From Candidatus Saccharimonadia bacterium (lineage in GTDB: Bacteria; Patescibacteriota; Saccharimonadia; Saccharimonadales; 2-12-FULL-41-12), in contig OY970327.1 in the NCBI GenBank assembly GCA_963717365.1, positions 203,599-267,598 of the forward strand: DNA of 64,000 nt. Direction: 5' to 3'. Both the position numbers and the translations under genes were made by a program. Of the stretch, positions 1 to 9,433 are shown in pieces. Each line of letters opens with the position of its first letter. The first letter of the stretch is position 1. A model generated the notes under the pieces. The model was given only the letters and a program-made list of their open reading frames with translations, did not search any database and was not told the DNA's origin.

Positions 1-1
1 G

Positions 2-73
2 ACAAATGAGCCAGTCGCCGAAGAAGCTGCATCTGAAGACACTACAGATGCCGAATCACCTAAAAAAGCTTAA
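2..73 (+). CDS. 3' end of an upstream CDS (acidic tail ...TNEPVAEEAASEDTTDAESPKKA*); possibly ribosomal protein S16 by synteny
   Basis: Open frame 2 runs from the window edge to TAA at 71-73. It sits directly upstream of the KH-protein/trmD block, which usually follows rpsP. No diagnostic residues are visible. Confidence 0.3.
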   Translation, partial: TNEPVAEEAASEDTTDAESPKKA

Positions 74-137
74 TTAAAGTACAGCCTCATACATTTCAAA
101 GGTAAGCATAAAGCGCTTATCTTTTTAAGTTTTGTTT

Positions 138-146
138 TGATATAAT
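138..146 (+). promoter_or_regulatory. Candidate extended -10 promoter element (TGaTATAAT) for the KH-protein gene
   Basis: TG-n-TATAAT lies at 138-146, about 40 nt upstream of ATG 188. A GAGGGA Shine-Dalgarno sits just before the ATG. Confidence 0.35.
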
Positions 147-187
147 GAAACTACAACACTAATCCGTAACTTGAAGAGCGAGGGAAT

Positions 188-661
188 ATGTCGATAAGTA
201 TCGATCAGCAATTTGTCGAGTTTGTTATTAAGTCACTTGTTACTAAGCCAGAAGCTGTCCAAATTGAACGCCGTATCGACGAAAAAGGGGTTCTTCTAGA
301 ACTCACCGTTGATCCGGAAGACCTTGGCCGCGTAATCGGTAAACGCGGAGCAACTGCGCAGAGTGTTCGTACGCTTCTTCGAGCACTTGGTACTAAAAAT
401 GATGCCCGTTACAATTTAAAAATTGTCGATAACGGTATTGGTAGTTCCGGAAAATCTTCTGATGACTCAAGAGGTGACTCAAAGAGCGGTGCATGGGGCG
501 ACGATAGCTCCACGGATGATAGTACAACAACTACAGCTGCCAAAGATGATGAGGACGCTGGCGACGATAGCGAAGACACGGTTGCCGTACCAGAACGAGA
601 AAGCGATACCATGGCGAAAACTCGTCAGGAACTGCGTGATCTTGATGACCTCGACGTATAA
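188..661 (+). CDS. khpA: KH-domain RNA-binding protein (KhpA/YlqC, UPF0109-like) with a C-terminal acidic Ser/Asp-rich tail of about 75 aa
   Basis: The N-terminal 80 aa carry the KH GxxG segment (DLGRVIGKRGATAQSVRTLL). The gene sits upstream of trmD. The tail is low-complexity (SSDDSRGDSKSG...DDEDAGDDSED). Confidence 0.75.
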   Translation: MSISIDQQFVEFVIKSLVTKPEAVQIERRIDEKGVLLELTVDPEDLGRVIGKRGATAQSVRTLLRALGTKNDARYNLKIVDNGIGSSGKSSDDSRGDSKSGAWGDDSSTDDSTTTTAAKDDEDAGDDSEDTVAVPERESDTMAKTRQELRDLDDLDV

Positions 662-797
662 TCTTGTCATCATAACGGGGTTTAGCTATAATGTGAGTAG
701 TCATCTCGGGTTTTAATCAGCCGGTTGCCACAAAAACAAACATTTAAAAGCTCATGCGAGCAATTCAATCGAATTGGAGCTTTATGTGATAAAAATT

Positions 798-827
798 CCT
801 GAACAATTGTTCGGGATTTTTTATTTT
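798..827 (+). terminator. Rho-independent terminator candidate after the KH-protein gene
   Basis: Stem CCTGAACA/TGTTCGGG (one G-U pair) with a 2-nt loop, followed by ATTTTTTATTTT. Confidence 0.55.
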
Positions 828-857
828 CCGAGACATAGGGGCCTAATCAGCAAGCTA

Positions 858-866
858 TGCGATAAT
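858..866 (+). promoter_or_regulatory. Candidate extended -10 element (TGcGATAAT) 7 nt upstream of the trmD ATG; possible leaderless start
   Basis: TGCGATAAT lies at 858-866 and the ATG at 874. There is no Shine-Dalgarno in the 7-nt gap (aacaact). Confidence 0.3.
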
Positions 867-873
867 AACAACT

Positions 874-1527
874 ATGAAAATTCAGTTTATTAGTCTATTC
901 CCGGAGATGTTTCCGCCCATGTTTGAAACCAGCATGCTCTACAAAGCAAAAGATAAGGGTCTTGTGTCCTATGAGTACATTGATCTGCGCCAATATGGTC
1001 TTGGTCCGCGTAAAACCGTTGATGATACTCCCTACGGTGGTGGTGACGGCATGCTCCTCAGGGTAGAGCCATTATTTGCAGCTATCAGGGCCGCTAAGCA
1101 GCGAGATCCTACAGCGGCAACTTATTACATGTCTCCACGCGGCGATCGCTTAAAACAGTCAATGTCACAGGAAATTGCCGATGCAAAACTTGGGATGATC
1201 ATTGTCTGTGGTCGCTACGAGGGCATTGACGAGAGAGTACTGACCTTAATTGACCGTCAAATTTCAATTGGCGACTTTGTCGTAACTGGCGGCGAATTAC
1301 CCGCGATGATTTTTTCGGATAGTGTAATTCGTTTATTGCCCGGCGTGTTGGGAGGAGAAGCGAGCACCCAAATAGAAAGTTTCAGCGATGGTAAAACGCT
1401 CGAATTTCCTCAGTACACCCGTCCCGAGAAGTTTGAGGAAATGGAAGTTCCTGACGTCCTACTGAGCGGTAATCATGCTCAGATTGAGCAATGGCGGCAA
1501 GAAAATTCACAGCAAGCCGGAGCGTAA
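874..1527 (+). CDS. trmD: tRNA (guanine37-N1)-methyltransferase TrmD
   Basis: 217 aa with the motifs FISLFPEMF, PYGGGDGM, GRYEGIDERV and LLSGNHAQIEQWR, all typical of TrmD. Synteny with the KH-protein gene supports the call. Confidence 0.95.
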   Translation: MKIQFISLFPEMFPPMFETSMLYKAKDKGLVSYEYIDLRQYGLGPRKTVDDTPYGGGDGMLLRVEPLFAAIRAAKQRDPTAATYYMSPRGDRLKQSMSQEIADAKLGMIIVCGRYEGIDERVLTLIDRQISIGDFVVTGGELPAMIFSDSVIRLLPGVLGGEASTQIESFSDGKTLEFPQYTRPEKFEEMEVPDVLLSGNHAQIEQWRQENSQQAGA

Positions 1528-1569
1528 GCAGTATAATGGTATATAGACTAATCTTAATGGAGAAATGAA

Positions 1570-2160
1570 ATGCATCAATTACCTGAATTACCGTATGGCT
1601 ATGATGCGCTTGAACCATACATCGACGCTCCAACTATGGAGCTGCATCATTCCAAACATCATCAGGCATATGTCGATAAGCTAAATGCAGCAGTCAAAGA
1701 TACAGAATTCGCCGGTACATCGGTTGATGAATTGATCCAAAATCTGGATAATTTACCTGAATCTATTCGTACAACAGTGCGAAATAATGGCGGAGGACAC
1801 TACAATCATAGTTTTTTCTGGAGTATTATGACACCGGATGCTACGACTGAACCTGACGGCAAACTAAAAGATTTAATTGAATCGTCGTTTGAAAGCTTAG
1901 AGAGCTTTAAGGAACAGTTTGGGGCCGCGGCAGTGGCACGTTTTGGCAGTGGATGGGTTTGGCTTACTCAAGAAAACGACTCTCTGGTGATCAGCAGTAC
2001 GCCCAACCAGGATTCACCTATGATGAACGGCGTAAAGCCAATTGTGGGACTTGACGTGTGGGAACATGCTTACTACCTGAAGTACCAAAACCGGCGACCA
2101 GACTATATTGATGCCTGGTGGAACGTTGTGAACTGGAATGCAGTAGCTAGCAACCTATAA
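1570..2160 (+). CDS. sodA: Fe/Mn superoxide dismutase
   Basis: [25 protein letters not shown] and the [19 protein letters not shown] signature. Metal specificity is not assignable by eye. Confidence 0.95.
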   Translation: MHQLPELPYGYDALEPYIDAPTMELHHSKHHQAYVDKLNAAVKDTEFAGTSVDELIQNLDNLPESIRTTVRNNGGGHYNHSFFWSIMTPDATTEPDGKLKDLIESSFESLESFKEQFGAAAVARFGSGWVWLTQENDSLVISSTPNQDSPMMNGVKPIVGLDVWEHAYYLKYQNRRPDYIDAWWNVVNWNAVASNL

Positions 2161-2201
2161 GCGTAAACATTTCTTTAAAAGAGGAGTACAATAGAGATAC
2201 T

Positions 2202-3149
2202 GTGGAGCTGCTTGCAACGAACTACTCATTTAAAGGCCAAACCGATGTATATCGAGGCGAAGCTCGCGACGTATACTCGGTTGATGATCACTTAACATCG
2301 ATAGCAACAGACCGTTTATCGGTGTTTGGCCACTTATTCACAGAGACTATACCTCATAAAGGCCAAGTACTAAACCAGTTAACATACTTCTTTTCTGAAG
2401 CCACGGAAGATATCATTCCAAATTGGATTGAATCTATGCCCGACCCTAATGTTTCTTTTGGAAAACGGTGTAAGCGATTCAACATCAACATTGTTATTAG
2501 AGGTAGTTTAATTGGCCATGCCTGGCGAGTCTACGAGACCGGCATGCGCACCATTTGCGGCGTAGAGCTACCTGATGGCTTACAGGAATATGACTTGCTT
2601 GATGAACCGATTATTACGCCTTCCACAAAGGTTCAAAGAGGTTATGAAGAAGACATTTCAGCCACTGATATCATCGCTCAGGAAATTATGAGCGAAGCGG
2701 AGTATGAGCGAGTAAGTATTGTCGCCCGTCAGCTATTTATCAGGGGCAAGCAAATAGCCCGCGAACAAGGCTTGTTGCTAGCTGATACCAAGTACGAATT
2801 CGGTACCTATGGCGACGATATGTACTTAATTGATGAAATTCATACGCCTGACTCATCGCGATATTTTTACACTGATGAATATGATAATTATTTGAAAGAC
2901 CGTTCCGGTCGACCGCCCAAAGATATGTCAAAAGAATATATTAGGCAGTGGCTATTGCAACAAGGTTATAGTGGGTTAGAAGATCAAACCCCACCGACGC
3001 TAAGCCAAGAGTGTATTGATACAATTTCAGCTCGTTACATTGAGTTATATGAGCAATTAACGGGGACTGACTTTGTATATCCACAGTCGCACGAAGATAT
3101 ATTAGAAAGAATCAAAGATAATATTGACGCAACTTTAGTAAAGCACTAA
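2202..3149 (+). CDS. purC: Phosphoribosylaminoimidazole-succinocarboxamide (SAICAR) synthase PurC
   Basis: 315 aa with a GTG start. Motifs YRGEARDVY, ATDRLSVFG, LLADTKYEFG and IDEIHTPDSSRYF are typical of the long PurC form. Confidence 0.9.
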   Translation: MELLATNYSFKGQTDVYRGEARDVYSVDDHLTSIATDRLSVFGHLFTETIPHKGQVLNQLTYFFSEATEDIIPNWIESMPDPNVSFGKRCKRFNINIVIRGSLIGHAWRVYETGMRTICGVELPDGLQEYDLLDEPIITPSTKVQRGYEEDISATDIIAQEIMSEAEYERVSIVARQLFIRGKQIAREQGLLLADTKYEFGTYGDDMYLIDEIHTPDSSRYFYTDEYDNYLKDRSGRPPKDMSKEYIRQWLLQQGYSGLEDQTPPTLSQECIDTISARYIELYEQLTGTDFVYPQSHEDILERIKDNIDATLVKH

Positions 3150-3152
3150 AAC

Positions 3153-4325
3153 ATGAATTATCAGCCGCTTGCAGAGCGAATGCGACCAGAAACTCTAAAG
3201 GATGTCATTGGCCAGGAACATTTAGTACAAAAGCAAAAAATAATTTATGAAATTATTGCGCAGAAAAAACCAGTAAGTTTGATTTTATGGGGTCCCCCAG
3301 GCAGTGGTAAAACTACTTTGGCTCGAATTATTGCAAAAGAGACAGAAGCTCAGTTTATAGAACTGAGTGCCGTCGCCGCTGGCAAAGCCGATGTGATGAG
3401 AGTCGTTAGCGACGCCCAAGCCAATCAACGTCTGGGTATGCGAACTATATTATTTGTCGACGAAATACATCGTTTTAATAAAGCGCAACAAGATGCTTTT
3501 CTCCCATATATTGAAGATGGCACAATTAGTCTAATTGGCGCTACGACCGAAAATCCTAGTTTTGAAATTATTAATCCACTGCTGTCTCGCAGCCGCGTTC
3601 TTATATTAGAACCACTTACTAAAAACGACATTATTACGATTATAAAAAAGGCTGCCAAAAAAGAAGAAATAACTGCCAAACGATTACCAGCTAAAAGCAT
3701 CGATTTATTGGCGGAATTAAGCGGTGGGGACGCAAGGGTGGCGCTAGGAAACGTTGAGTTAGCAGTTGAACTTGCCGCCGGAAAAACAATTTCAACCGAA
3801 ATCGTTAAAACAGCCGCTCAAAGGCGTTTGCCAGGCTACGATAAAAACGGCGAGGAGCACTACAACCTTATAAGTGCGTTTATCAAATCCATGCGTGGTA
3901 GCGACACTACCGCAACGCTATACTATATGGCACGTATCTTACAAGCCGGGGAAGACCCGAAATTTATTGCCCGACGAATGATTATTTTTGCCAGTGAAGA
4001 TATTGGCAGTGCAGCGCCAGCGGCACTAAATTTAGCGGTCAGTACCTTTCAGGCAGTAGAGCGAATTGGTATGCCTGAGTGCGAGTATAATCTGTATCAC
4101 TGCGCGTTGGTGTTAGCTAAATGTGAGAAATCACGCGAAGCAACCGATGCAATGTATGCTGCAAAAAAAATGGCTTACAATTACAGCGACGTGCGAGTCC
4201 CGTTACACCTCCGTAATGCTCCAACTAAACTTATGAAAGACCTTGGTTATCAAAAAGGAACTAAGTGGGAAGCTGGCTTTAAGCATCCAGACGGATTCTT
4301 GCCTACAGAAATCAAGCAAGATTAG
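3153..4325 (+). CDS. rarA: Replication-associated recombination protein A (RarA/MgsA AAA+ ATPase)
   Basis: LAERMRP..L.D..GQ.HL N-terminus, Walker A GPPGSGKTTLA, Walker B LFVDEIHRFNK. The C-terminal motifs EHYNLISAF.KSMRGSD and DPKFIARRMIIFASEDIG are also present. Confidence 0.9.
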   Translation: MNYQPLAERMRPETLKDVIGQEHLVQKQKIIYEIIAQKKPVSLILWGPPGSGKTTLARIIAKETEAQFIELSAVAAGKADVMRVVSDAQANQRLGMRTILFVDEIHRFNKAQQDAFLPYIEDGTISLIGATTENPSFEIINPLLSRSRVLILEPLTKNDIITIIKKAAKKEEITAKRLPAKSIDLLAELSGGDARVALGNVELAVELAAGKTISTEIVKTAAQRRLPGYDKNGEEHYNLISAFIKSMRGSDTTATLYYMARILQAGEDPKFIARRMIIFASEDIGSAAPAALNLAVSTFQAVERIGMPECEYNLYHCALVLAKCEKSREATDAMYAAKKMAYNYSDVRVPLHLRNAPTKLMKDLGYQKGTKWEAGFKHPDGFLPTEIKQD

Positions 4326-5747
4326 CTAGCCGTGCAAAGATTGAAGTTCGCGGTGCGAAATAGGCTGCAACTTAAAAGCTGCCGATTTATTCGTTAGATA
4401 ACTGCGGATAATTTTGTACGTATCAATATCAAACACAGACTGCCAGGGTTTGAAATAGGTTTCGCATCCCTCTTCACTATGAATTTCCCCAATAACATTC
4501 CAGTTGTCGATGACAAGATTCTTCGGCTGATTATTCTGCACAATGTGTGATAGTACGACCGGGTTACGAAACGGCCACTCGTCAATTTTTTGCCGCCCAA
4601 AAGCGATCTCAAGACGTTTGTTATAAAGTGCTACAGGCTCAAGTCCAACACAAGCACCACGGCACTTGCGCAACTGGAACTTAAAACAAGCAGAGGTTGC
4701 TTTCTCTAGGCCGAGTAACTTTGGGCATAAATCAAAGGTCTTTTGAATTGATTCTAACGAGCGCTTAGCCTTCATTTTTGAAGCATACACTCCATAAAGA
4801 GAACTATTCGGGCCAATGTCTGAGCTATCAATAAAATCAATAGCAATCGTTTCATAGCCGACACTATTGCGCGTAGTTTTTAAGACGTACATCTTCTTAT
4901 GCCTGCGTAATTGGCGATTATAGATCGGCAACTGTTCTTTGACCATTTGTGATTCAAGGAGCAGTGCTTCTAGCTCGTTAGCTGTTTCGATGAACGATAT
5001 CTTATGGGTATTGAGCGACAACTTCATTTCTTTATCAATGACTGTGTCCTGAGAAAAATGAGACATAACACGTTTGCGTAAGGCAATACTCTTACCTATG
5101 TAAATTGGATTACCGCTTGAGTCTAGAAAAGTATACACACCTGGAGTATTTGGAATTGTATCAAATGCACCGCTTGTAACATGGGGTGGCGCGCTGCGAT
5201 GCTTAAACTGCTTACTAATCGCAAGATTAAATATGTCAGCACCATGTTCAAGGTGGGCGATTTTTAAAAATCTACGAACTGCTTCGGCGTCATCGTAGGC
5301 TCGGTGACGCGCATTAGTTTCAATGCCATAACGTTTGATTATTGCTTCTAGACCGTGACCTTTAACACTTGGGTATAACGCACGTGACAGTCGAACACTG
5401 CACAACATTCGTGGATTGTAGCGGATGTTACAGATTTCTAGTTGCCGTTTAATGAAAGAGTAGTCAAACCGAACATGATGTGCAATAAAAATAGCTCCCG
5501 ACAAAACTGAATGAAGCTGTTCGGCAATACCTTCAAAGAATGGTGCATCGGCAACATCGCCAGATGTAATACCGGTTAGGGCAGTAATATGGTAGGGAAT
5601 TGGTGATCCGGGATTTACCAACGTTTTAAACGTATCAACTATCTCATCATTCTCAACCCGGATAGCGGCGACTTCAATAATACGACTAGTCCGATAGCTC
5701 CCTCCAGTCGTTTCAATATCCACATAAACTACGGGTTCATTAAACAT
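4326..5747 (-). CDS. DEDDh 3'-5' exonuclease (DnaQ-like) fused to a GIY-YIG / UvrC-N-terminal (Cho-like) nuclease module
   Basis: ExoI VYVDIETTG and HNARFD-like HHVRFD with the H..AYDDA motif in the N-terminal half. This is followed by GVYTFLDSSGNPIYIGKS (GIY-YIG) and a UvrC-like Cys cluster (CPKLLG...CFKFQLRKCRGACVG). Confidence 0.8.
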   Translation of the reverse strand: MFNEPVVYVDIETTGGSYRTSRIIEVAAIRVENDEIVDTFKTLVNPGSPIPYHITALTGITSGDVADAPFFEGIAEQLHSVLSGAIFIAHHVRFDYSFIKRQLEICNIRYNPRMLCSVRLSRALYPSVKGHGLEAIIKRYGIETNARHRAYDDAEAVRRFLKIAHLEHGADIFNLAISKQFKHRSAPPHVTSGAFDTIPNTPGVYTFLDSSGNPIYIGKSIALRKRVMSHFSQDTVIDKEMKLSLNTHKISFIETANELEALLLESQMVKEQLPIYNRQLRRHKKMYVLKTTRNSVGYETIAIDFIDSSDIGPNSSLYGVYASKMKAKRSLESIQKTFDLCPKLLGLEKATSACFKFQLRKCRGACVGLEPVALYNKRLEIAFGRQKIDEWPFRNPVVLSHIVQNNQPKNLVIDNWNVIGEIHSEEGCETYFKPWQSVFDIDTYKIIRSYLTNKSAAFKLQPISHRELQSLHG

Positions 5748-5785
5748 AAATGGAATAGAATTATAACCCGTATCGACGTAGTATC

Positions 5786-6433
5786 CTATTCGTCTAAAAC
5801 CACAATATTTAGCTCGTTTGCGAGTACAGGCGCAAGTGATACTAATTGCATCGAGTCAATAATTGCGCCTGCTAAACTCCGCACTCCAAGTACGTTAGTA
5901 ATTTCAGATGTTCGAAAGTCTGCTTTTTTAAGCTTTGCACTGGAGAATTCAGCTTTATCCAAGGTGCAGTTTTGGAAATATACGTTGTTAAGCTCAGCTG
6001 TATAAAAATCAGCTTCATCAAGCATGCAATCTTTAAAATGTACATTAGTAAGTTTACTAAATCGAAAGTTTGATAGATTTAACTTACAGTCTAGAAAAGT
6101 TATATCTTTTAGTGTGCTGGCTTGTATTTGCAGGCCGCTGCAACGGGAGTTTTTTATCACTGTCCGCAACCACGACGAATCGGCAAACGAAGTTGCAATT
6201 AAGTCGCAGTTTGTAATGGCAGTATCAATAAAGCCTGACTTTTCAAGTTTGGCTTGGGTAAAATTTATTTTCTCCAACTTTAGTTCAAAGGCGCTAAAAC
6301 CTTTTACTGTCAGGTTGCTAATATCTTCATCATGAATTGATGCGGTCGTCAGGGTTTGATCACGCCTAATAAGTTGTTTTAACTGTTTGAGTTCAGTAAG
6401 CTCGCTTGGAAATTGCGGTAGAGCCACGTTCAT
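5786..6433 (-). CDS. Pentapeptide-repeat protein
   Basis: 215 aa built mostly of A(D/N)LxX-type pentads (e.g. ADFYTAELNNVYFQNCTLDKAEFSSAKLKKADFR). Confidence 0.85.
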   Translation of the reverse strand: MNVALPQFPSELTELKQLKQLIRRDQTLTTASIHDEDISNLTVKGFSAFELKLEKINFTQAKLEKSGFIDTAITNCDLIATSFADSSWLRTVIKNSRCSGLQIQASTLKDITFLDCKLNLSNFRFSKLTNVHFKDCMLDEADFYTAELNNVYFQNCTLDKAEFSSAKLKKADFRTSEITNVLGVRSLAGAIIDSMQLVSLAPVLANELNIVVLDE

Positions 6434-6467
6434 AGGTAAATCTTATCATAATAACTAAGACACCCCA

Positions 6468-8138
6468 CTAGAAGTGTTCGCGGAGGTGAGCCATACTGTA
6501 TTCCCATTCGGCGTCAGTTTTTTTATGAGGATTAAAGATATTATGAGGATCAAAAAGGTGTTTAATGGTTCGGAAGTGGGCCATAATCTCTGGTTTGTAT
6601 TGCTGTTTAAGCCACGGGCCACGTGACATGCCGTCGTTATGCTCGCCACTCATAGAGCCGCCGTATTTTAATACCAATGCATTTACTTCTCGCATGCAAG
6701 GCTCAATTTTGGCACGCTCTTTCTTCTCTTCAAATTTCATTAAAGGAATGACATGGAAGTTACCATCGCCCATATGGCCGGCGATAGTAGCAATAAGCTT
6801 ATACTTATTAAGGATCACCCTCAGCTTAGGCAGGAAAACCGGTAAGTGCTCTGGCGGTACCACTAGGTCATCAATAAATGGTGCGGTATGCTTGTCTTTA
6901 ACTTTGTTGCGTAGCAAGTTAAAACTCTCACGTCGCATAATTTGGAACTTCTTTTCCTTAAGTTCAGTTTCATCTTCTTCAAATAACGCGTCATGGCCAA
7001 ACTCGATCATATCAAGCCGTAACTGGTGAACTTTAGAAGCAACTTCGGCGTCGGTATCAGCAGTAAATTCAACAATTAAGACCATTTTTGGTATGCCCTT
7101 ACGGAAATTAATGAGCGAGGGAAGGAGTTGCAGTCCAAGTTTAATCATACCCATCCACCCAAGGGTTTTGCGGAAAAAAAAGAACAGTTTGAAGCTGAGC
7201 ATAAGCGTGTAATTATCAAATCCCTCAAACGTAGCTGGCTTATGAAGCAGTACATTGTTAATAATTTGGCCAAGATGATCCATATGGTCTAAAAATATAA
7301 TTAAACTTCCGGAGTTTTTTGGATTTTTTATTAACCTAAAATCTATCTCGGTTACCATTCCTAACGTTCCCTGAGAGCCGACAATTAACTGCGTCATATC
7401 AAAAATGCCAGTTTCACGGTCCCATATATTCCACAAGTGATATCCGGTTGAGTCCTTACTGACATGAGGTTTGGCATTTTTGATCACCTCATAGTTTTCG
7501 TCAATTACTGCAAAAACTTCCCTGTAAAGTCGTCCTTCAAAGTCTTTTTGGGCTATCTTTTTATCGAGCTCAACTTTCGTCAATGGCTTAACAGTATACT
7601 CATTGCCATCTGAGAGCACTACTTTTAATTCACGGACAAACTTTTCAGTTTTGCCGAATTCTAATGATTTTTCGCCGCCTGAATTGTTAGACACCATACC
7701 ACCAACAGTACATAGTTCTCGGCTGGCAGGAAAAGAGGGCATCAAGGCATTATGCTTTAAGGTCGCTTTTTCAAAATCGCGGTAATGAACACCCGGCATG
7801 ACACGCCCATGTGTAGGTGTAACTTCGAGTATTTTGTCAAAATGCTTAGTCATATCCATAATTATGGAATCATTAATAGCTCCTCCGGTCATATCGGTGC
7901 CTGCACTGCGAGCAGTTATAGAAAGACGAGGATGTGCTTTTTTATGCTCGGCGACAAAGTTAACCAATTTTTGAATGTCGCGTGCGTTTTTAGGAAATAC
8001 TACCGCTTTTGGCACTAATTCGAACATGCTGGCATCGTGACTATAAAAGTCCCTCGTTTTTACACTTAAATCAATCTCGCCTTCTATGTGATCCGCCAAT
8101 TCCTCATAGACCGTTTGGCTATTTTTTGTATTTTTCAT
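6468..8138 (-). CDS. FAD-linked oxidase (GlcD / D-lactate dehydrogenase-like, FAD_binding_4 family)
   Basis: 556 aa. The N-terminal FAD-binding region has ARSAGTDMTGGAIN and TVGGMVSNNSGGEKS. The C-terminal region has GEHNDGMSRG and IFNPHK, typical of the family. Confidence 0.8.
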   Translation of the reverse strand: MKNTKNSQTVYEELADHIEGEIDLSVKTRDFYSHDASMFELVPKAVVFPKNARDIQKLVNFVAEHKKAHPRLSITARSAGTDMTGGAINDSIIMDMTKHFDKILEVTPTHGRVMPGVHYRDFEKATLKHNALMPSFPASRELCTVGGMVSNNSGGEKSLEFGKTEKFVRELKVVLSDGNEYTVKPLTKVELDKKIAQKDFEGRLYREVFAVIDENYEVIKNAKPHVSKDSTGYHLWNIWDRETGIFDMTQLIVGSQGTLGMVTEIDFRLIKNPKNSGSLIIFLDHMDHLGQIINNVLLHKPATFEGFDNYTLMLSFKLFFFFRKTLGWMGMIKLGLQLLPSLINFRKGIPKMVLIVEFTADTDAEVASKVHQLRLDMIEFGHDALFEEDETELKEKKFQIMRRESFNLLRNKVKDKHTAPFIDDLVVPPEHLPVFLPKLRVILNKYKLIATIAGHMGDGNFHVIPLMKFEEKKERAKIEPCMREVNALVLKYGGSMSGEHNDGMSRGPWLKQQYKPEIMAHFRTIKHLFDPHNIFNPHKKTDAEWEYSMAHLREHF

Positions 8139-8212
8139 CTTTACGATAGTTTACCATAACCACAAGAGGTTTACAGATGTTTTTTGATTGACTACAATGT
8201 ATACAGTAAAGT

Positions 8213-9433
8213 ATGAAAATAAACAAACAAAGAATAGTCATTGCTGGTGGTGGTTTTGGGGGTATGAAAACTGCGCTAGACCTGGCGCGAAATACCAACG
8301 CTGACATTACTGTCATTAGCGAAAAGGATGATTTTCGCTACTACTCGTCGTTGTATCGTACGGCAACTGGTGCCAGCAGGGACGTGGCTAGTATTTCGCT
8401 CGATGAGATGATTGATGAGAAGAATATCACCCGTATCAAAGCTAAGGTTACTGGCTTGGATCGTGCAAATAAGCATATTAAAACAGATGATGGTCAGGAG
8501 ATTTTATATGACTACCTGGTATTGTCACTTGGTGTTATTACTAATTATTTTCACATCCAGGGATTAGAGGAATTTGCGTTTGGTATTAAGTCGCTAGAAG
8601 ATGCAGAAGAACTAAAAATACACTTGCATCAGCAAATTATTGAAGAGCATAAACCTGATTTGAATTACGTGATTGTGGGCGGCGGGCCAACAGGGATAGA
8701 GTTAGCTGGAGCGATTGGTGACTATATTAAATATATTTGCGATAAACATGGCGTAAAACGTTGGGCGGTACACGTTGATTTAGTTGAAGCAGCTCCACGC
8801 TTAGTACCACGTATGCCTGCAGCGATAGGTCGAAAAATTGCTAAACAATTACGATCAAAAGGAGTTAAGTTGTATTTAGGCGCCGCGGTTCAAGGACAGT
8901 CTGCTGATGAATTGTTAGTAAACGGTAAGCCAATACGCAGCCATACCGTAATCTGGACAGCAGGCATGTCTAATAATCCTTTTTTTGCAGAGCAAGGCTT
9001 CCAGCTCGTACGCAATGGTAAAGTTCGAGTAGATCAATTCTTACAAGCCGAGCCTGGTATATTCGTAATTGGCGATAATGCCGATACGCCTTACAGTGGA
9101 ATGGCACAAACCGCCATTTACGACGGTGCATACATGGCTCGATCTTTAGAAAAAATGATCACCCATACCACAAACCCTAAACCATACGTTGCCAAACAGC
9201 CAATTTATGTATTACCGGCTGGTCCTAACTGGGCCGCTGTAAAATGGGGACCTATACATTTATATGGACGTGTTGGTTGGGCCATTCGCCGAGCAGCTGA
9301 CTTTGTTGGATATCACGACTATGAACCGTTCTTTAAGGCTAGTAAACATTGGTTTGCTGAGTATGACCGCCAGGATCTGTGCGCACATTGCCAACCAGAC
9401 GAAGTTGCTGGCAACAAATCGGTGGCATTCTAG
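8213..9433 (+). CDS. ndh: Type II NADH dehydrogenase (NDH-2), FAD-dependent pyridine nucleotide-disulfide oxidoreductase
   Basis: Two dinucleotide-binding motifs (IVIAGGGFGGM and YVIVGGGPTGIELAG) and the C-terminal VIGDNA motif. Length and layout fit NDH-2. Confidence 0.85.
   Translation: MKINKQRIVIAGGGFGGMKTALDLARNTNADITVISEKDDFRYYSSLYRTATGASRDVASISLDEMIDEKNITRIKAKVTGLDRANKHIKTDDGQEILYDYLVLSLGVITNYFHIQGLEEFAFGIKSLEDAEELKIHLHQQIIEEHKPDLNYVIVGGGPTGIELAGAIGDYIKYICDKHGVKRWAVHVDLVEAAPRLVPRMPAAIGRKIAKQLRSKGVKLYLGAAVQGQSADELLVNGKPIRSHTVIWTAGMSNNPFFAEQGFQLVRNGKVRVDQFLQAEPGIFVIGDNADTPYSGMAQTAIYDGAYMARSLEKMITHTTNPKPYVAKQPIYVLPAGPNWAAVKWGPIHLYGRVGWAIRRAADFVGYHDYEPFFKASKHWFAEYDRQDLCAHCQPDEVAGNKSVAF

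Noticed and set aside
662-873. A degraded rimM remnant between the KH-protein gene and trmD
   Set aside because: All frames are interrupted, and nothing resembling RimM motifs is visible. The region looks like terminator plus promoter.
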